The position numbers and the translations under genes are program-made. DNA of 63,918 bases, counting the filler, from Octopus bimaculoides (lineage: Eukaryota), in assembly GCF_001194135.2 (NCBI RefSeq). It is 7 parts of 7 records of this genome, joined end to end, with 100 filler letters (N's around TTAATTAATTAA, not from the genome) between each part and the next. Parts side by side here need not be neighbours in the genome. Positions count along the whole stretch, not along the records: positions 1 to 26,085 come from NC_069003.1; 6 more parts are not named here. The stretch is one strand, 5' to 3'. Position 1 is the stretch's first letter; the number at the start of each line of letters is the position of its first letter. Of this stretch, positions 10,003-21,599 are shown piece after piece. The notes under the pieces were generated by a model. It was not told the DNA's origin. It saw nothing but the letters and a program-made list of their open reading frames with translations, and ran no database searches.

Positions 10003-13000
10003 ATAATGGGCTCCAGCTCGTATCCGAGTATTGGATTCGTCAGTTTCCATCCAGTCTCCTCGGCTGATGTTTGTGCCGAAAGTGACTTTGGAGTCCAAAT
10101 CAGCGGTGAAAGAGTTATGGGCAGAACTCGCTCGGGATGGTCGGTGCAGGTCGAGGATCTTGAAGACGCTCCTTTCTTCTGCGTTTTTCCTCCTCATTTT
10201 GTTGTCTGTTCTTCTCGAAGGAGCTGGCTCCATTGCAGATAGCAGTCACCCAGGCTACCTATGGCAATCTGTTCCCATGAGGATGGCTGGATATTAGCTT
10301 CAGCCAAGGTCTGTTTGAGCTGGTCTTTAAAACGGAATTTCAGACCTCCTCTGGGTCTTGTTCCGATTGCAAGTTCTCCCTAGAGCATGATCCTTGGGAG
10401 ACGAGAGTGCTCCATACGCTGGACGTAACCTGCCCAGCGGAGACGATGGCGAAGAATGGTGGCTTCGACACTTGGTAGTGAGGCGCAGCGAAGAACCTCG
10501 TTGTTGGTAACGTGATCTTCCCATTGTATGTTGAGGATCTGTCACAGCTTCGATTGCTGGAAGCATTCAAGGTGCTTGAAGTCACGGTGGTACAACGTCC
10601 AAGTCTCACAAGCGTAGATTAGAGTTGATAGGACAATAGCACAAATCTTTGTCTGGATGGTCAGCGCGTGATGAATACATGTTGGCTGAGTCTGCCGCCC
10701 CAATCCGGGTCTCCAAGTCCTTTTCACACGTGGTGTTCAACTTCTTCTAGGGGTTGGCCGCTGATNNNNNNNNNNNNNNNNNNNNNNNNNNNNNNNNNNN
10801 NNNNNNNNNNNNNNNNNNNNNNNNNNNNNNNNNNNNNNNNNNNNNNNNNNNNNNNNNNNNNNNNNNNNNNNNNNNNNNNNNNNNNNNNNNNNNNNNNNNN
10901 NNNNNNNNNNNNNNNNNNNNNNNNNNNNNNNNNNNNNNNNNNNNNNNNNNNNNNNNNNNNNNNNNNNNNNNNNNNNNNNNNNNNNNNNNNNNNNNNNNNN
11001 NNNNNNNNNNNNNNNNNNNNNNNNNNNNNNNNNNNNNNNNNNNNNNNNNNNNNNNNNNNNNNNNNNNNNNNNNNNNNNNNNNNNNNNNNNNNNNNNNNNN
11101 NNNNNNNNNNNNNNNNNNNNNNNNNNNNNNNNNNNNNNNNNNTGGAGACGTGTGAGATCGAAGAGTCCGCCATCCAAGCGATAGCGCATGTTGATGGAAC
11201 GCGAGTTTAGTGGGATTTCGTTGAATATGGCGGCCATATACAAAGAGAAACAGGTTGGTGCCAGGACGCATCCCTGCTTAAAAACCCCAATGATGGGAAA
11301 CGGGTCTGTGAGGGCATTTTGATGGCATACCCTACCCACCATGCCGTTGTGAAGGGAGCGGACCAGGGCAATGAAGTCCTCCGGACATCCAAACCGGACA
11401 AGGACGGCCCACATTGCAGGACGGGGGACCTTGTCAAAGGCTTTCTTTAAATCCCAGAAGATGAACATTGTAGGTTGTTGTTGTTCCTGACACTTCTCCT
11501 AGAGTTGACGGGCACAAAAGATCATGTTGATTATGCCTCGAAAGGGTCGAAAGCCACACTGGGACTCAGAGAGGACGTCTTCCGCGAGGATGAGGAGGCG
11601 TCTGAGTAGGATACAGGTGAAGATCTTACTTGCAATACTCAGGAGTGAGATGTCTCGATAATTGTTGCAATCCTCTCGGTCTCCCTTCTTGTAGATAGTG
11701 ATGATAGTTGCATCGCGGAAGTCGTTCGGGAGGTGGGGGTCTTGCTTTCCCAGATCTTAAGGATAAGGAGCATCAGATGGTTTCTCAGCTCAGGACCTCC
11801 GTGCGTGAAATACTCAAACAAGATATTGTCTGGTCCTGGAGCTTTTCCTGGCTTCATGCGCGCAAGTGCCTTGTTGAACTCATGGCGTGAGAGCAGCAGG
11901 GACATCCAATGGCGGAAGGGGAGCTGTGGGGTGTTTTGGAGGAGATTGTCAGGGGTGCGTAAGTGGTCGTTAAGCAGGTACTCGAAATGGAATTTCCAGC
12001 GATCAAGGATTCCCTGGGTGTCGGTTATCGTAGAGCCAACTGCCTTCTTCAGGCCACCCACTGATGACCTTATGGGGCCGAAGATGAGCTTGTGGTTACT
12101 GCATAAAGGCTGCGCAAGTCTTGTTGATCCGCATAGTTTTGCATCTCCTCTGCCAGCAGATATTCTAAGCTTCTCGAATTCCTCGCTGGCATTCCGCTGA
12201 TTCTTGTTCGTGTTTTCGTTTGTTTTCCGCAGTGGCATGGTTCTCGAGGGCTAGGCGCGTCCGGAGTTTGGCTTCGATCAGACGGGAGATGGTTTCATCA
12301 TTCTCATCAAACCAGTCTTGGTTCTTCTCCCGGGCAAAGCCGATCGTCTCCTCGGCGGCAGCGGTCATGGCTTCACGAAGGTTGGTCCAGCGACCCTCAA
12401 TGGAGGTTGACTCTGGGAGGTCCATTAGGTGTCTCTCAATGGATTTCCTGAAGGTTTGGGATGCCTGTGAGTTCCGGAGTTTGGCACAGTCGAAGCGTTG
12501 GCAAGGGATGTTTGCTGAGACCCGCTTTAGTGGGCAGCGGATCTTGATGTCAAGGCGAGAAATAAGAAGGCGGTGATCCGTCCAGCAGTCATCTGCGCCA
12601 GGCATGGAGCGGGTGATGTGTACATCTCGTCTGTCCCTGGATCTTGTCAGAACGTAGCCGAGAATGTGCCAGTATTTAGACCGTGGGTGTTTCCAGGTCG
12701 TTTTTCGTCGAGTAGGGAGACGAAATAGGGAGTTGGTGATGACGAGTTCGTGCTCGACACAAAGGCCCAGGAGGAGCTGGTCATCGGCCTTGCATTTCCC
12801 AATGCCGTGATGACCAAGAACGCCATTCCACAGACAATGGTCACTGCCGACTCTGCTGTTAAAGTCCTCGCGACGAGTTTGCCATACGCGGGGTGGTGCG
12901 GTCCAGCAGGTTATAGAACGAAGTCTTGACGTCATCTTCAAATGTGAAGGTAGGGGCATACACAGATCGGCATAAGGAATGTGTCCCGAATGAGTGGGAT

Positions 13001-13258
13001 CTGAACTGTCATCAGGCGCTCACTGACAGCAGTTGGGATTAGTCTGTGTTGGTTTTGATGGGAAGGCCAACTCCATGGTTCATTAGGATTCTACCCCTTC
13101 CAAAAGATGGTGTATTTGGAGTCAGCTTCTCTGATGCTGCCTTCTCCGGGAAGCCTAATCTCGCTCAAGGCTGCCACGTCGATGTTGAAGCGGGAAAGTT
13201 CTTTGCAGAGGAGGACTGTACGTTGCTCTGGTCTATTAATGTCACTCTTCTCCTGTAA
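10003..13258 (-). mobile_element. Near full-length RTE-clade (BovB-like) LINE, inactivated
   Basis: APE endonuclease (RPEQRTVLLCKELSRFNIDVAALSEIRL; DCWTDHRLL), RT (PGPDNI; NNYRDISLLS; QCGFRP; FWDLKKAFDKV; KQGCVLAPTCF) and C-terminus (LIYACETWTLY; RLRWAGYVQRM). Multiple stops and frameshifts; the YADD region lies in a gap. Confidence 0.93.
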
Positions 13259-14044
13259 ATACATGTGTGTGTGTGTGTGTGTGTGTGTNNNNNNNNNNNN
13301 NNNNNNNNNNNNNNNNNNNNNNNNNNNNNNNNNNNNNNNNNNNNNNNNNNNNNNNNNNNNNNNNNNNNNATATATATATATATATATATATATAATGGAT
13401 AATAAAACGAATGGTTTACACTTTGTAGCTACCTGGTAAAACAGAGTCCCTTTCACAGTCTCTGCTCCGAACAATCTCTGTCTTTTCTGCGGACTAACGA
13501 GAAGATCATTAATAGAATTTCTCAACGACTTTCGAGATGCCTACATGCATATAAATGTACTTTCGCACAATGCAGTGGGAATGAAATTTGTGTTACAGTT
13601 AACTTAATTTAATTTACTTTAAGATAACGATGACTTGAATTTAATTTTAACCCCTCCATTCTTACAAACCGAGTAAATAGCTAACTCGCTTTGTGATCAT
13701 GAGTGCACCAAACCTCACGCGTACGTATGCTCACATTTTTGCGGATTCTTGTATGAGTGGACTCGCGCCATGCAGCTTGCCTGAGGGCGTTTATACATCC
13801 ATATCTGTTAACGGTTATTTTTTATACTTTTCTTGCCGGATTGCGTATTCGTTTCTCTTTTTACCATCTGTGATTTCATTTTTGACCTTCTATATAAATG
13901 AAGATATTTCCTCCATCTGGCTGCTTTTCTTTCTACAAAACGGGAGTTACATTACGGAAGTTATTTTAACGAGTTGTATTTATTTATCACCCGACCAGAT
14001 ACAACTGCACCACCTGATGCTCCTGAACCAAGTTATTGAGCGTC

Positions 14045-14091
14045 TCACTCATGAGGAATCGATGCTAGATGTGTCGAAACAATTGTCGTGA
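14045..14091 (+). ncRNA. Degenerate type I hammerhead ribozyme in the PLE upstream repeat
   Basis: TCAC-TCATGA-(21 nt)-GAAA-CAATTG-TC-GTGA. Stem I TCAC/GTGA and palindromic helix III ACAATTGT are present; the CUGANGA box is damaged and stem II is poor. Confidence 0.5.
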
Positions 14092-14959
14092 TTAATAATA
14101 GATTCTCTTCCGCCTTTCATTTGCCATATACCTAATGATCACTGTGAAAGTGATCGTGCTTTACCAATAAGCTACCAGGTGTAAACCATTCGTTTTATTA
14201 TCCTTTAATCACAACCAATTTCCGATTTCCGGGAGGAAGGTGCTATACAGTAGCGTACCAAGATGATGGATAAAATTATACTGGATGTTTCACTAAAGGA
14301 CATACCTGGAAAGGCTTCTTGCAGGCATGGCGTGGATTCGATCCTCGATAGCCAAATTTCACCTAACAGTTCAACAGCACTTTTCTCACGGTAATTTGAG
14401 TGACAGCAGTTACATTTGCCAGATGCTTTCACTAAGTAGAATAATATCTTTGCTACTTGACCCTTCTAACCTCTTCTAGGTCACCAAAAGTTAGAATTGA
14501 GATAGCAGACCGCCAACGAAATTTATTGTTCTCAACAATATGTCTCTCCTTCTGACTAGTCTTGGATAGTTATAAAAACAAGATTTCCGTAAGCCAAAGT
14601 CAGTTAGTGAGAACTGTGTCTGGCTGACCGGCTGAACAAAATACCGTCTCTGAAGGAAAAGGTACAGAGGGACAACTATGGTAACTCACCAACGAAGCAG
14701 TTGTTTCGTCCCGCCACTCTCACTCTCACTAGCTCACTTTCTTTTCTCTAGAACTTTACTCCATCTCTATCTGTAGGTTACTGCTACACAATGACGAGAA
14801 CACAAACACCAACTATACAAGAAGTTAAATTCCTTTATTTCGTATGCCCTTCCACTTATATTATATCACACACCTGCCCGTCGAGGCATGGCATTATATC
14901 AAGTAACGGTAAATATTTCTTTACAACTTCGATCACTGTTCTTCGTTCATCTTACAAAC

Positions 14960-17900
14960 CGTTACACTGGCAACCAACGCCCATATCATTACCGTTACAT
15001 ACCTACACCCAGTAGAAAGAATTATATACGCGATCTTTTGGAGAAAACGAACCAATTTGTACGTAGAATGCGGTGGAAAGCTTTCTTTTTCGACAAGAAT
15101 CTTAAACCAAACGACAAACCTGAGAAAAGTATTCAAATCCAGAAGGAACCCACCGACTAACCAATACCTAACCAGATTTGAAGAAGAATTATATAGTATA
15201 GTTAAGAACGTGAAGTTCAGGAAGTACCCTAGAAGGTGTAATATACATCAACAGAAAATTACTTGTTGACTTCAAGAAGGCTCCGGGGATGCTTGTACCG
15301 GCGGACAAAACAAGTAGCGTTTACGTTGTTGATATTGATCTATATAAGTCTATGATTAGAAAGGAATTACGCAGCAAATATAGACGCACTAGTAACGACG
15401 TATTAAAAGGAATTAACAATACAGGGCTACAAATCGTCAGACATCTAGCCATAGATGATAGAACCGAACCCTACGTCCCTCAAAAACCCCGGATTATGCT
15501 TAAAGACCATAAACCTAACTTTCTTACAGACCCCTCAGATTGATTTGTCCTTCTAAATCCGATATAGATGTTAGCAGCTTCGTTATCATTTATGATTGAA
15601 TGCCCGAGAGAGAGGTTTCACTACAATAGCCTCACACCAGTCTTTGTGTCGAAGGCAAAACAGACGACACAGAAAAGTAATTGTAGTGAAAGAACTGAAA
15701 AAACGGTTGGTCTTAAAGCTGGCACTAAAATCGCCATTAAAGAGAAACTGCATGAACAGAATCACGTCGTGGTCACCAGCTTGTAATAATTCTACCGTGC
15801 GAACCAAAGGAGATGGCGACGTAGACGGAAAAGGCTCCTTTTAACCATGTCGCACGGTCGAACACAAAACAAGATATATAAGATAGAAGGCTCGTCGTGA
15901 GAGATACGAGCCATAGTGCCAGTAAAAGAACTTAGGAGAAACACAACCGTTAGATATATAATGAGAGTAAGTTTATTAACATAGTGAAACTGTTTGTGTC
16001 TGTGTGCGTGCATGCGACATATATAAATAACACAGTAGATAAGTCAGGCCTTCGTGTACAAGAGAATGTATACAACAATGTGAATGACGGACAGTCGTAT
16101 AAGCAATAGTGTGTGTACAATATGTGAGAGTACAAGTGTGCATGTGAATGAGAGGAACACAGAACATAGAAAGAGTGTCTGCAACATAGACTACAAGTNN
16201 NNNNNNNNNNNNNNNNNNNNNNNNNNNNNNNNNNNNNNNNNNNNNNNNNNNNNNNNNNNNNNNNNNNNNNNNNNNNNNNNNNNNNNNNNNNNNNNNNNNN
16301 NNNNNNNNNNNNNNNNNNNNNNNNNNNNNNNNNNNNNNNNNNNNNNNNNNNNNNNNNNNNNNNNNNNNNNNNNNNNNNNNNNNNNNNNNNNNNNNNNNNN
16401 TGGTGGGTACCTGGTGGTGGGGTTGCTGGCGCACAACATTGTGGTAGACAGTACATAGGTGGTGAAGACGTCGACGCTGGAACTGGCTGTAGCTGTGTTC
16501 TGTATGTGTGGTCAGCGACCAGATCTGTGAGAGATCTGGAATCGAAGACGACTACCGTCGTTGGATCGGGCTTATTTATAGGTGAAAAAGGGCTCACCGG
16601 AAACCCAGAAAAACTCTCTCACGTGACTTTATCTTAAAGCCACGATTGGACGTAATGCTCCATTAGCAAGCAGAACATGGGGACAATTGCTGCGCAAATA
16701 AGAACTAATCAGGATGGTGGACAGAAGGGTCCAAGGTAGCCGAAGGCTAGATGTTAGCAACTTCGTTATCATTTATGATTGAATGCCCGAGAGAGAGGTT
16801 TCACTACATAGGCATTATCAATAAAAGAAAAATCATTGATAGGGTAATACCCGTCCTTAAGTCTAAAATTAGATTAGCCCTCTCGTCCGATACACAAGAG
16901 GTGGTGGGATGGTTTAAGCTTCTAGAAATTAGTATGAATAGTAAATTCTTGTAACTAGATATAGAGCTATTATGCCACTATTAATCCGATCGTTCTTAAT
17001 CAAGCCCTAATTTTTAGCACGAAAAATTCCGATTTGTCCTGACGCGAAATAGATATTATACTTGCCGCACGAGCCACTTTAGTAGATTCTAATGGTAGAT
17101 TATGGAGTAGATTAGATAGGGAGGATGCATTTGATATGGCATGGGCTCATATCAAATATATATTCCGACAGTGACCTAGTCGGAATATATATACTTTCAT
17201 TAATCCAGTCTTCCTTTCCGGAAGTAACAGGAGGTCTATATAGGGATGACGCTTTATATTTTCTAGACAGAAGTAGTAAAGTACAGTTAGAAAGGCATAG
17301 GAAAAATTTCTTTAGACTTTTCAAAAATTTAGGACTAAATATCATTATGGGTAAGTATTGTAGTGTGAATTTTCTTGACGCTACCTTCTGTCTTGATGCT
17401 GGATTATTTGAACCTTTTCATAAGCCAAATGATCATAGCATTCAACCATCCACACTCGATTATACGGGAACTAGTTAAGAATATTTCAACAAGAATATGT
17501 AGATTGTCCGCTAATAATAAGATTTTCGAATCATATGCAACTTATTATAATGCTGCTCTCGCTAGGGTCCATAAAAAAAATCAATATATACAAGAAGCAG
17601 GCATACACAACAGTGGTAATTCCTCCAACTGTGATACACATTGTATACCACCACAACATCACGGTTTGAGAATTCACTCAGATAAAGAATACAGGCCAGG
17701 AAGAATTGGTTATATCAATGAACTACCAACGAAAACTCATAGACATACGTGACATAATAATCCAACTGCTTGTTCCAATCCTATACAACACACTCGATCA
17801 AACAAGCCTAACAACAGATATAGGAATCGGGATGTCCTCTGGTTCAACCCGATTTTCGGTTTGCAAGTTTCAACCAAGATTGCTGGAAATTTTTTCCTAA

Positions 17901-18600
17901 ATCTAATCGGTACTATGCTATTTTCAATTGACATACCGTGAAGGTATCCTACGCCAACTCTATTAATTTAGAGCAGTTTATGCATCGCATAAACAATAAG
18001 AAAATGCGGCAATAGTTCAATAACCCACCAACTGGATCTAGCGAACATTTGCATCTAAATACCAACCAAGGAGATGTAAACCGCAATGATAAACATCAAC
18101 TACGATCAATTTGTAGTAGTAGAAATACTTATGATACAGCTAACACGGTAACAACGTCAGTAAATGGAGTCGGGACTGCCTTATATACAAATAAATACGA
18201 TAAATGCTCATGCAGAGATAAATCAAAATGTCTTTTGATGAATCTCTGTATGAGTACAAATCTTGTATATAAATGTGCTGTGCACACAAGGGAAGGGCCG
18301 TATGTTTACAATGGGCAGACGGCTGATTCATTTAAAAATCGTTATCGTAACCATGTTGTCCGCTTTAAGACAACCAATAAGAGATATTCACCATCTTTGG
18401 CAGATTTTGTATGGCAACTGAAGGAGAATAAAATGAAGTACAGTATTAATTGGTCCATAGCAAGGTACGCGAAACCACACAATATAATTTGCAGGAGATG
18501 CCGTCTCTGCTCTGAGAAATCAGACTAACGAGATCATTAATAGAATTTCTCAACGTGATGCCTACACGCATATAAATGTACTTCCGCACAATGCAGTGGG
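14960..18600 (+). pseudogene. PLE RT + GIY-YIG ORF, frameshifted and split by an insertion
   Basis: IPTPSRKNY...RRMRWKAFFF; LVPADKT; LKDHKPNF; SKSD|IGII; GGLYRDDAL; VNFLDATF; NHPHSII; DVLWFNP; KCSCRDKSKC...C.STNLVY...VYNGQT..SFKNRYRNH; CRRCRLCSEK. Confidence 0.9.
15565..16808 (-). mobile_element. Non-coding LTR-like insertion: full LTR (15682-16808) + 56-bp spacer + ~60-bp LTR start
   Basis: The 57-bp repeats at 15569-15625 and 16752-16808 differ by 1 nt. The segment 15682-16808 has 10-bp inverted ends TGTAGTGAAA...TTTCACTACA, and CCAAT, TATAAATA and AATAAA on the minus strand. Removing 15565-16808 restores TCC GAT ATA GGC (SDIG) in the PLE RT. Confidence 0.75.
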
Positions 18601-18782
18601 AATGAATTTTGAGTAACCGTTAACTTAATTTAATTTACTTTAAAGTATGGATGACTTAAGTTTACTTTTAACTTCCCCATTCTTACAAACACCGAGTAGA
18701 TAGCTAACTCGTTTTGTGATCATAAGTGCACCAAACCTCACGTGTGCGTATGCTCACATTTTTGCAGATGCTTGCATGAGTG

Positions 18783-19040
18783 AGTGGATTTCATCCACGG
18801 AAACTGAAAGAAGACCGTCATATATGAGTATATTTGTGTGTGTGTGTGTATTTGTACCCCCGCCATCGATTGACAACCGATGTTGCTGTGTTTACGTCCT
18901 CGTAACATAGCGGTTCGGCAAAAGAGACCAATAGAATAAGTACTAGGCTTACAAAGAGTAAATCCTGTGGTCAATTTGTTCGACTAAAGGCGGTGTCCAG
19001 CATGGCCGCAGTCACATGACTGAAACAAGTAAAACAATAT
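18783..19040 (+). mobile_element. SINE family 2, 5'-truncated copy
   Basis: GGAAACTGAAAGAAG...GCGGTTCGGCAAAAGAGACC..TAGAATAAGTACTAGGCTTACAAAG...CAGCATGGCCGCAGTC..ATGACTGAAACAAGTAAAA. Confidence 0.85.
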
Positions 19041-19451
19041 AAAAAAAACTATGCAGTTTTAATCCCGAGCAACGCCGAGTATCTCTGCTAGCTTCAAATA
19101 AACACCGAAACAAAGATTCAAAGCAAGAGAAACATGCAATGATCTAAGGGAAGTAACTCTTATTGAATATTCCGGACTTTAATTTTTATTTTGCTTGTTC
19201 TACCGAAACGTATTTCCGTGTTTTACTCTTCGGGTTTTATCTTTAATTTTTTTTATTTGTTCCAGTCATTGGGCTACGGCCATGCTGGGGCACTGCTTTG
19301 AAGAGTTTAAGTCGAGCAAGACAATCTCAGTATTTATCTTAAAGTCTGCTACTTATTTCATAGTTTTTATGCCGAACCGCTATGTTACAGCGAAGTAAAC
19401 AAACCAACACCAGTTGTCAAGCGGAGGAGGTGGGAGTGGAATTTGAATACT

Positions 19452-19851
19452 CTTTACTCTTTTACTTGTTTCAGTCATTTGACTGCGGCCATGCTGGAGC
19501 ACCGCATTTAGTTGAGCAAATCAACCCCAGGACTTATTCTTTGTAAGCCTAGTACTTATTCTATCGGTCCGTTTTGCCGAACCGCTAAGTTATGGGACGT
19601 AAACATACCAGCATCGGTTGTCAAGCGATGCTGGAGGGACAAACACAGACACACAAACACACACATATATATATACATATACATATATACGACGGGCTTC
19701 TTTCAGTTTCCATCTACCAAATCCACTCACAAGGCTTTGGCCGGCCCGAGGCTCTAGTAGAAGACACTTGCCCAAAGTGCCACGCAGTGGGACTGAACCC
19801 GGAACCATGTGGTTGGTAAGCAAGCTGCTTACCACACAGCCACTCCTGCGC
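19452..19851 (-). mobile_element. Full-length SINE family 2 (tRNA head, CORE-like centre, GACTGAAACAAGTAAAAG tail)
   Basis: Head GGCGCAGGAGTGGCTGTGTGGTAAG...GGTTCAGTCCCACTGCGTGGCACTTTGGGCAAGTG, internal (TA/CA)n, tail GAGTAAAGAGTA. Partial neighbours at 19230-19430 and 19885-20036. Confidence 0.9.
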
Positions 19852-20349
19852 CTATAAATAAACACGAAGACTCATATAATTTATATATGACAGGATTTCA
19901 CGCAGTTTCTGCCTATCATATTTACTTGCATTGGTTTGTACAGCAGAAGACACTTGCTCAAGGTGCCAGACAGTGGGACTGAACCCGAAAGCACATGATT
20001 GCAAAGCGAGCTTCTTAACCACACAGTCATGCCTGAAGAGATTTTTTTCAACTTATTTGCAGAATATGCAGGAGTGGGGATGAGCAGAGAGGGAGTTCCA
20101 GAAGGATTTTTCCCTGACTTTGTAGGAAGGAAGGATTGGGCACAGTGATTAGTAAGGGGCCTGGATGGGTTGAACATAAAAAGGGATGATGAATGGAGAA
20201 TGAGCTGAGGGGGTTGGAGATGCCAAAGTAGAGATGAAATGAGTGCAACAACTCTGAGGAACAATGGTATTTAGAATAGTGGTTAGAAGAGGTAATAAAA
20301 AGAATACGTATGTATGTATGTATGTTCTCTTTCTTTTTAATTTAGAGTA

Positions 20350-21508
20350 AATTTTGACTGGCCAACTACTTGAGAGCAAGGTCGTGAAGGAAAGTATCTT
20401 CTTTTAAATCTTAAGAAGGTCTTGTAGACTTTTATAGTCACAGATATCACGATCATTTGTAGCATATGATTGGTTGGTATGTATCCTGTTCCAATAATAA
20501 TAGGTATGAAGCTGAAAGTGTATTTCGGGTACTGGATTCCCAAGCTGGTCCTCTTTCTCTTGTGGTCCCACACAGATATTTGGTTGGTTGTGTTTTAACT
20601 TGGTGGCTGTTTTAATTTGTAAGTTCCACCAATATTCTTTTGACCCATCGGTCTCAATATGGTTGACTAGGTTTGTAGGTATTTTGTTTTTTTGTTATCC
20701 TGCTCCAGACCATTTTGGCCACTGTATTATGCCTCATGGGAAGATAATATCTGGAAGATATTCTCTCACAGTTGGCAATAATGTGGGCTTCAGTCTTGGA
20801 CTTGCAAAGCCTACATTTGTTGTCTGTCGATGTTTTCTGCCTCTTATTCTGTAGGTACTTGATGAAGATCTCTTGTTCTTGGATTGCATGGATGTAACCT
20901 TCAAAGTGGGATGTCATAAACTTATTGGTAATCCATGCCAAGCTTTTGAAATGATCAATCCCTTCTATAGTTTGTGTTTTATGTTCCAAGTACCTTTGTA
21001 CTATCTTCTCAGTGAACAAGTCCATTTTCTTTCTGTTGTTCTGATAAACAGATTTTACCAATATTCCTTGGGATAGAGGTCTATTTCAGCTCTTATTTCA
21101 TGCCCCTCCACAAGTTCATTAGTTAGCCTAATTATATTGTTGGTTTCATGGTCACAGACTTGGGCAAGATAGTTACTGGTCATTTCCTCTGCTGCAGATG
21201 TTTCAGTGGCACAATCTAGATTTGAGACCACGCCCACCTTTCCTTGCATGGGAAGTATAGCGGTCTACATTTCTATTGATGTTGAAGCTTCCTGTAACAC
21301 TGAGCAGCTTGTGAGTTTAAACATGTATCTCATTGAGTTCTTATAGTAACCAGTTCAGAAGGCCAAACATAGACATGAGGACAGGCATTACTAAGATGTT
21401 GTGACAATATTCTCATCAGCTGAGAGTTTTGATGATTATATTATGTTCTTTTTGTTCTCCTGAGGTATTCATGTCTGGTCCTCTCCTTATTTATGGGTCC
21501 GCTATATC
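20350..21508 (-). mobile_element. R4/Dong-like REL retrotransposon, 3' half
   Basis: FEGYIHAIQEQEI; CCHC knuckle CRLCKSKTEAHIIANC; RHNTVAK; WWNLQIKT...HNQPNI (RLE region). Confidence 0.85.
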
Positions 21509-21599
21509 CAGTAGCAGATCTACAATATTGTGACCCTGAAGCTTAAAATGTTATGAGGGCCCCCATACATCAGTTCTGAAAGCAAAGATGCTAACCTTC

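Larger units (their letters stand above)
13456..18783 (+). mobile_element. Penelope-like element (GIY-YIG type, Naiad-like) with flanking pseudo-LTRs
   Basis: Direct repeats at 13456-13760 and 18501-18783 (about 85% by eye) that include the ORF 3' end, as expected for PLE partial-tandem pLTRs. RT and GIY-YIG sequence lies between them. Confidence 0.88.

Noticed and set aside
12060-12100. Other CTGATGA hits (12061, ~13010, ~21416, ~46335, 60229)
   Set aside because: No correctly placed GAAA, UH and closing stems; most lie inside TE coding sequence.
14134-14156. Bantam-miRNA-like string GATCACTGTGAAAGTGATC
   Set aside because: The seed does not match, the hairpin is only 6 bp, and it lies within a PLE leader.
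14625-14712. CTGAAGGA...GAAGC with nested stems as another hammerhead
   Set aside because: Both core boxes deviate and the stems do not give a three-way junction.
15280-18530. Possible selenocysteine UGA codons in the Naiad-like ORF
   Set aside because: The TGAs I inspected (~15267, ~15541) result from frameshifts; the linker and C-terminal Cys codons are ordinary; I found no convincing SECIS by eye.
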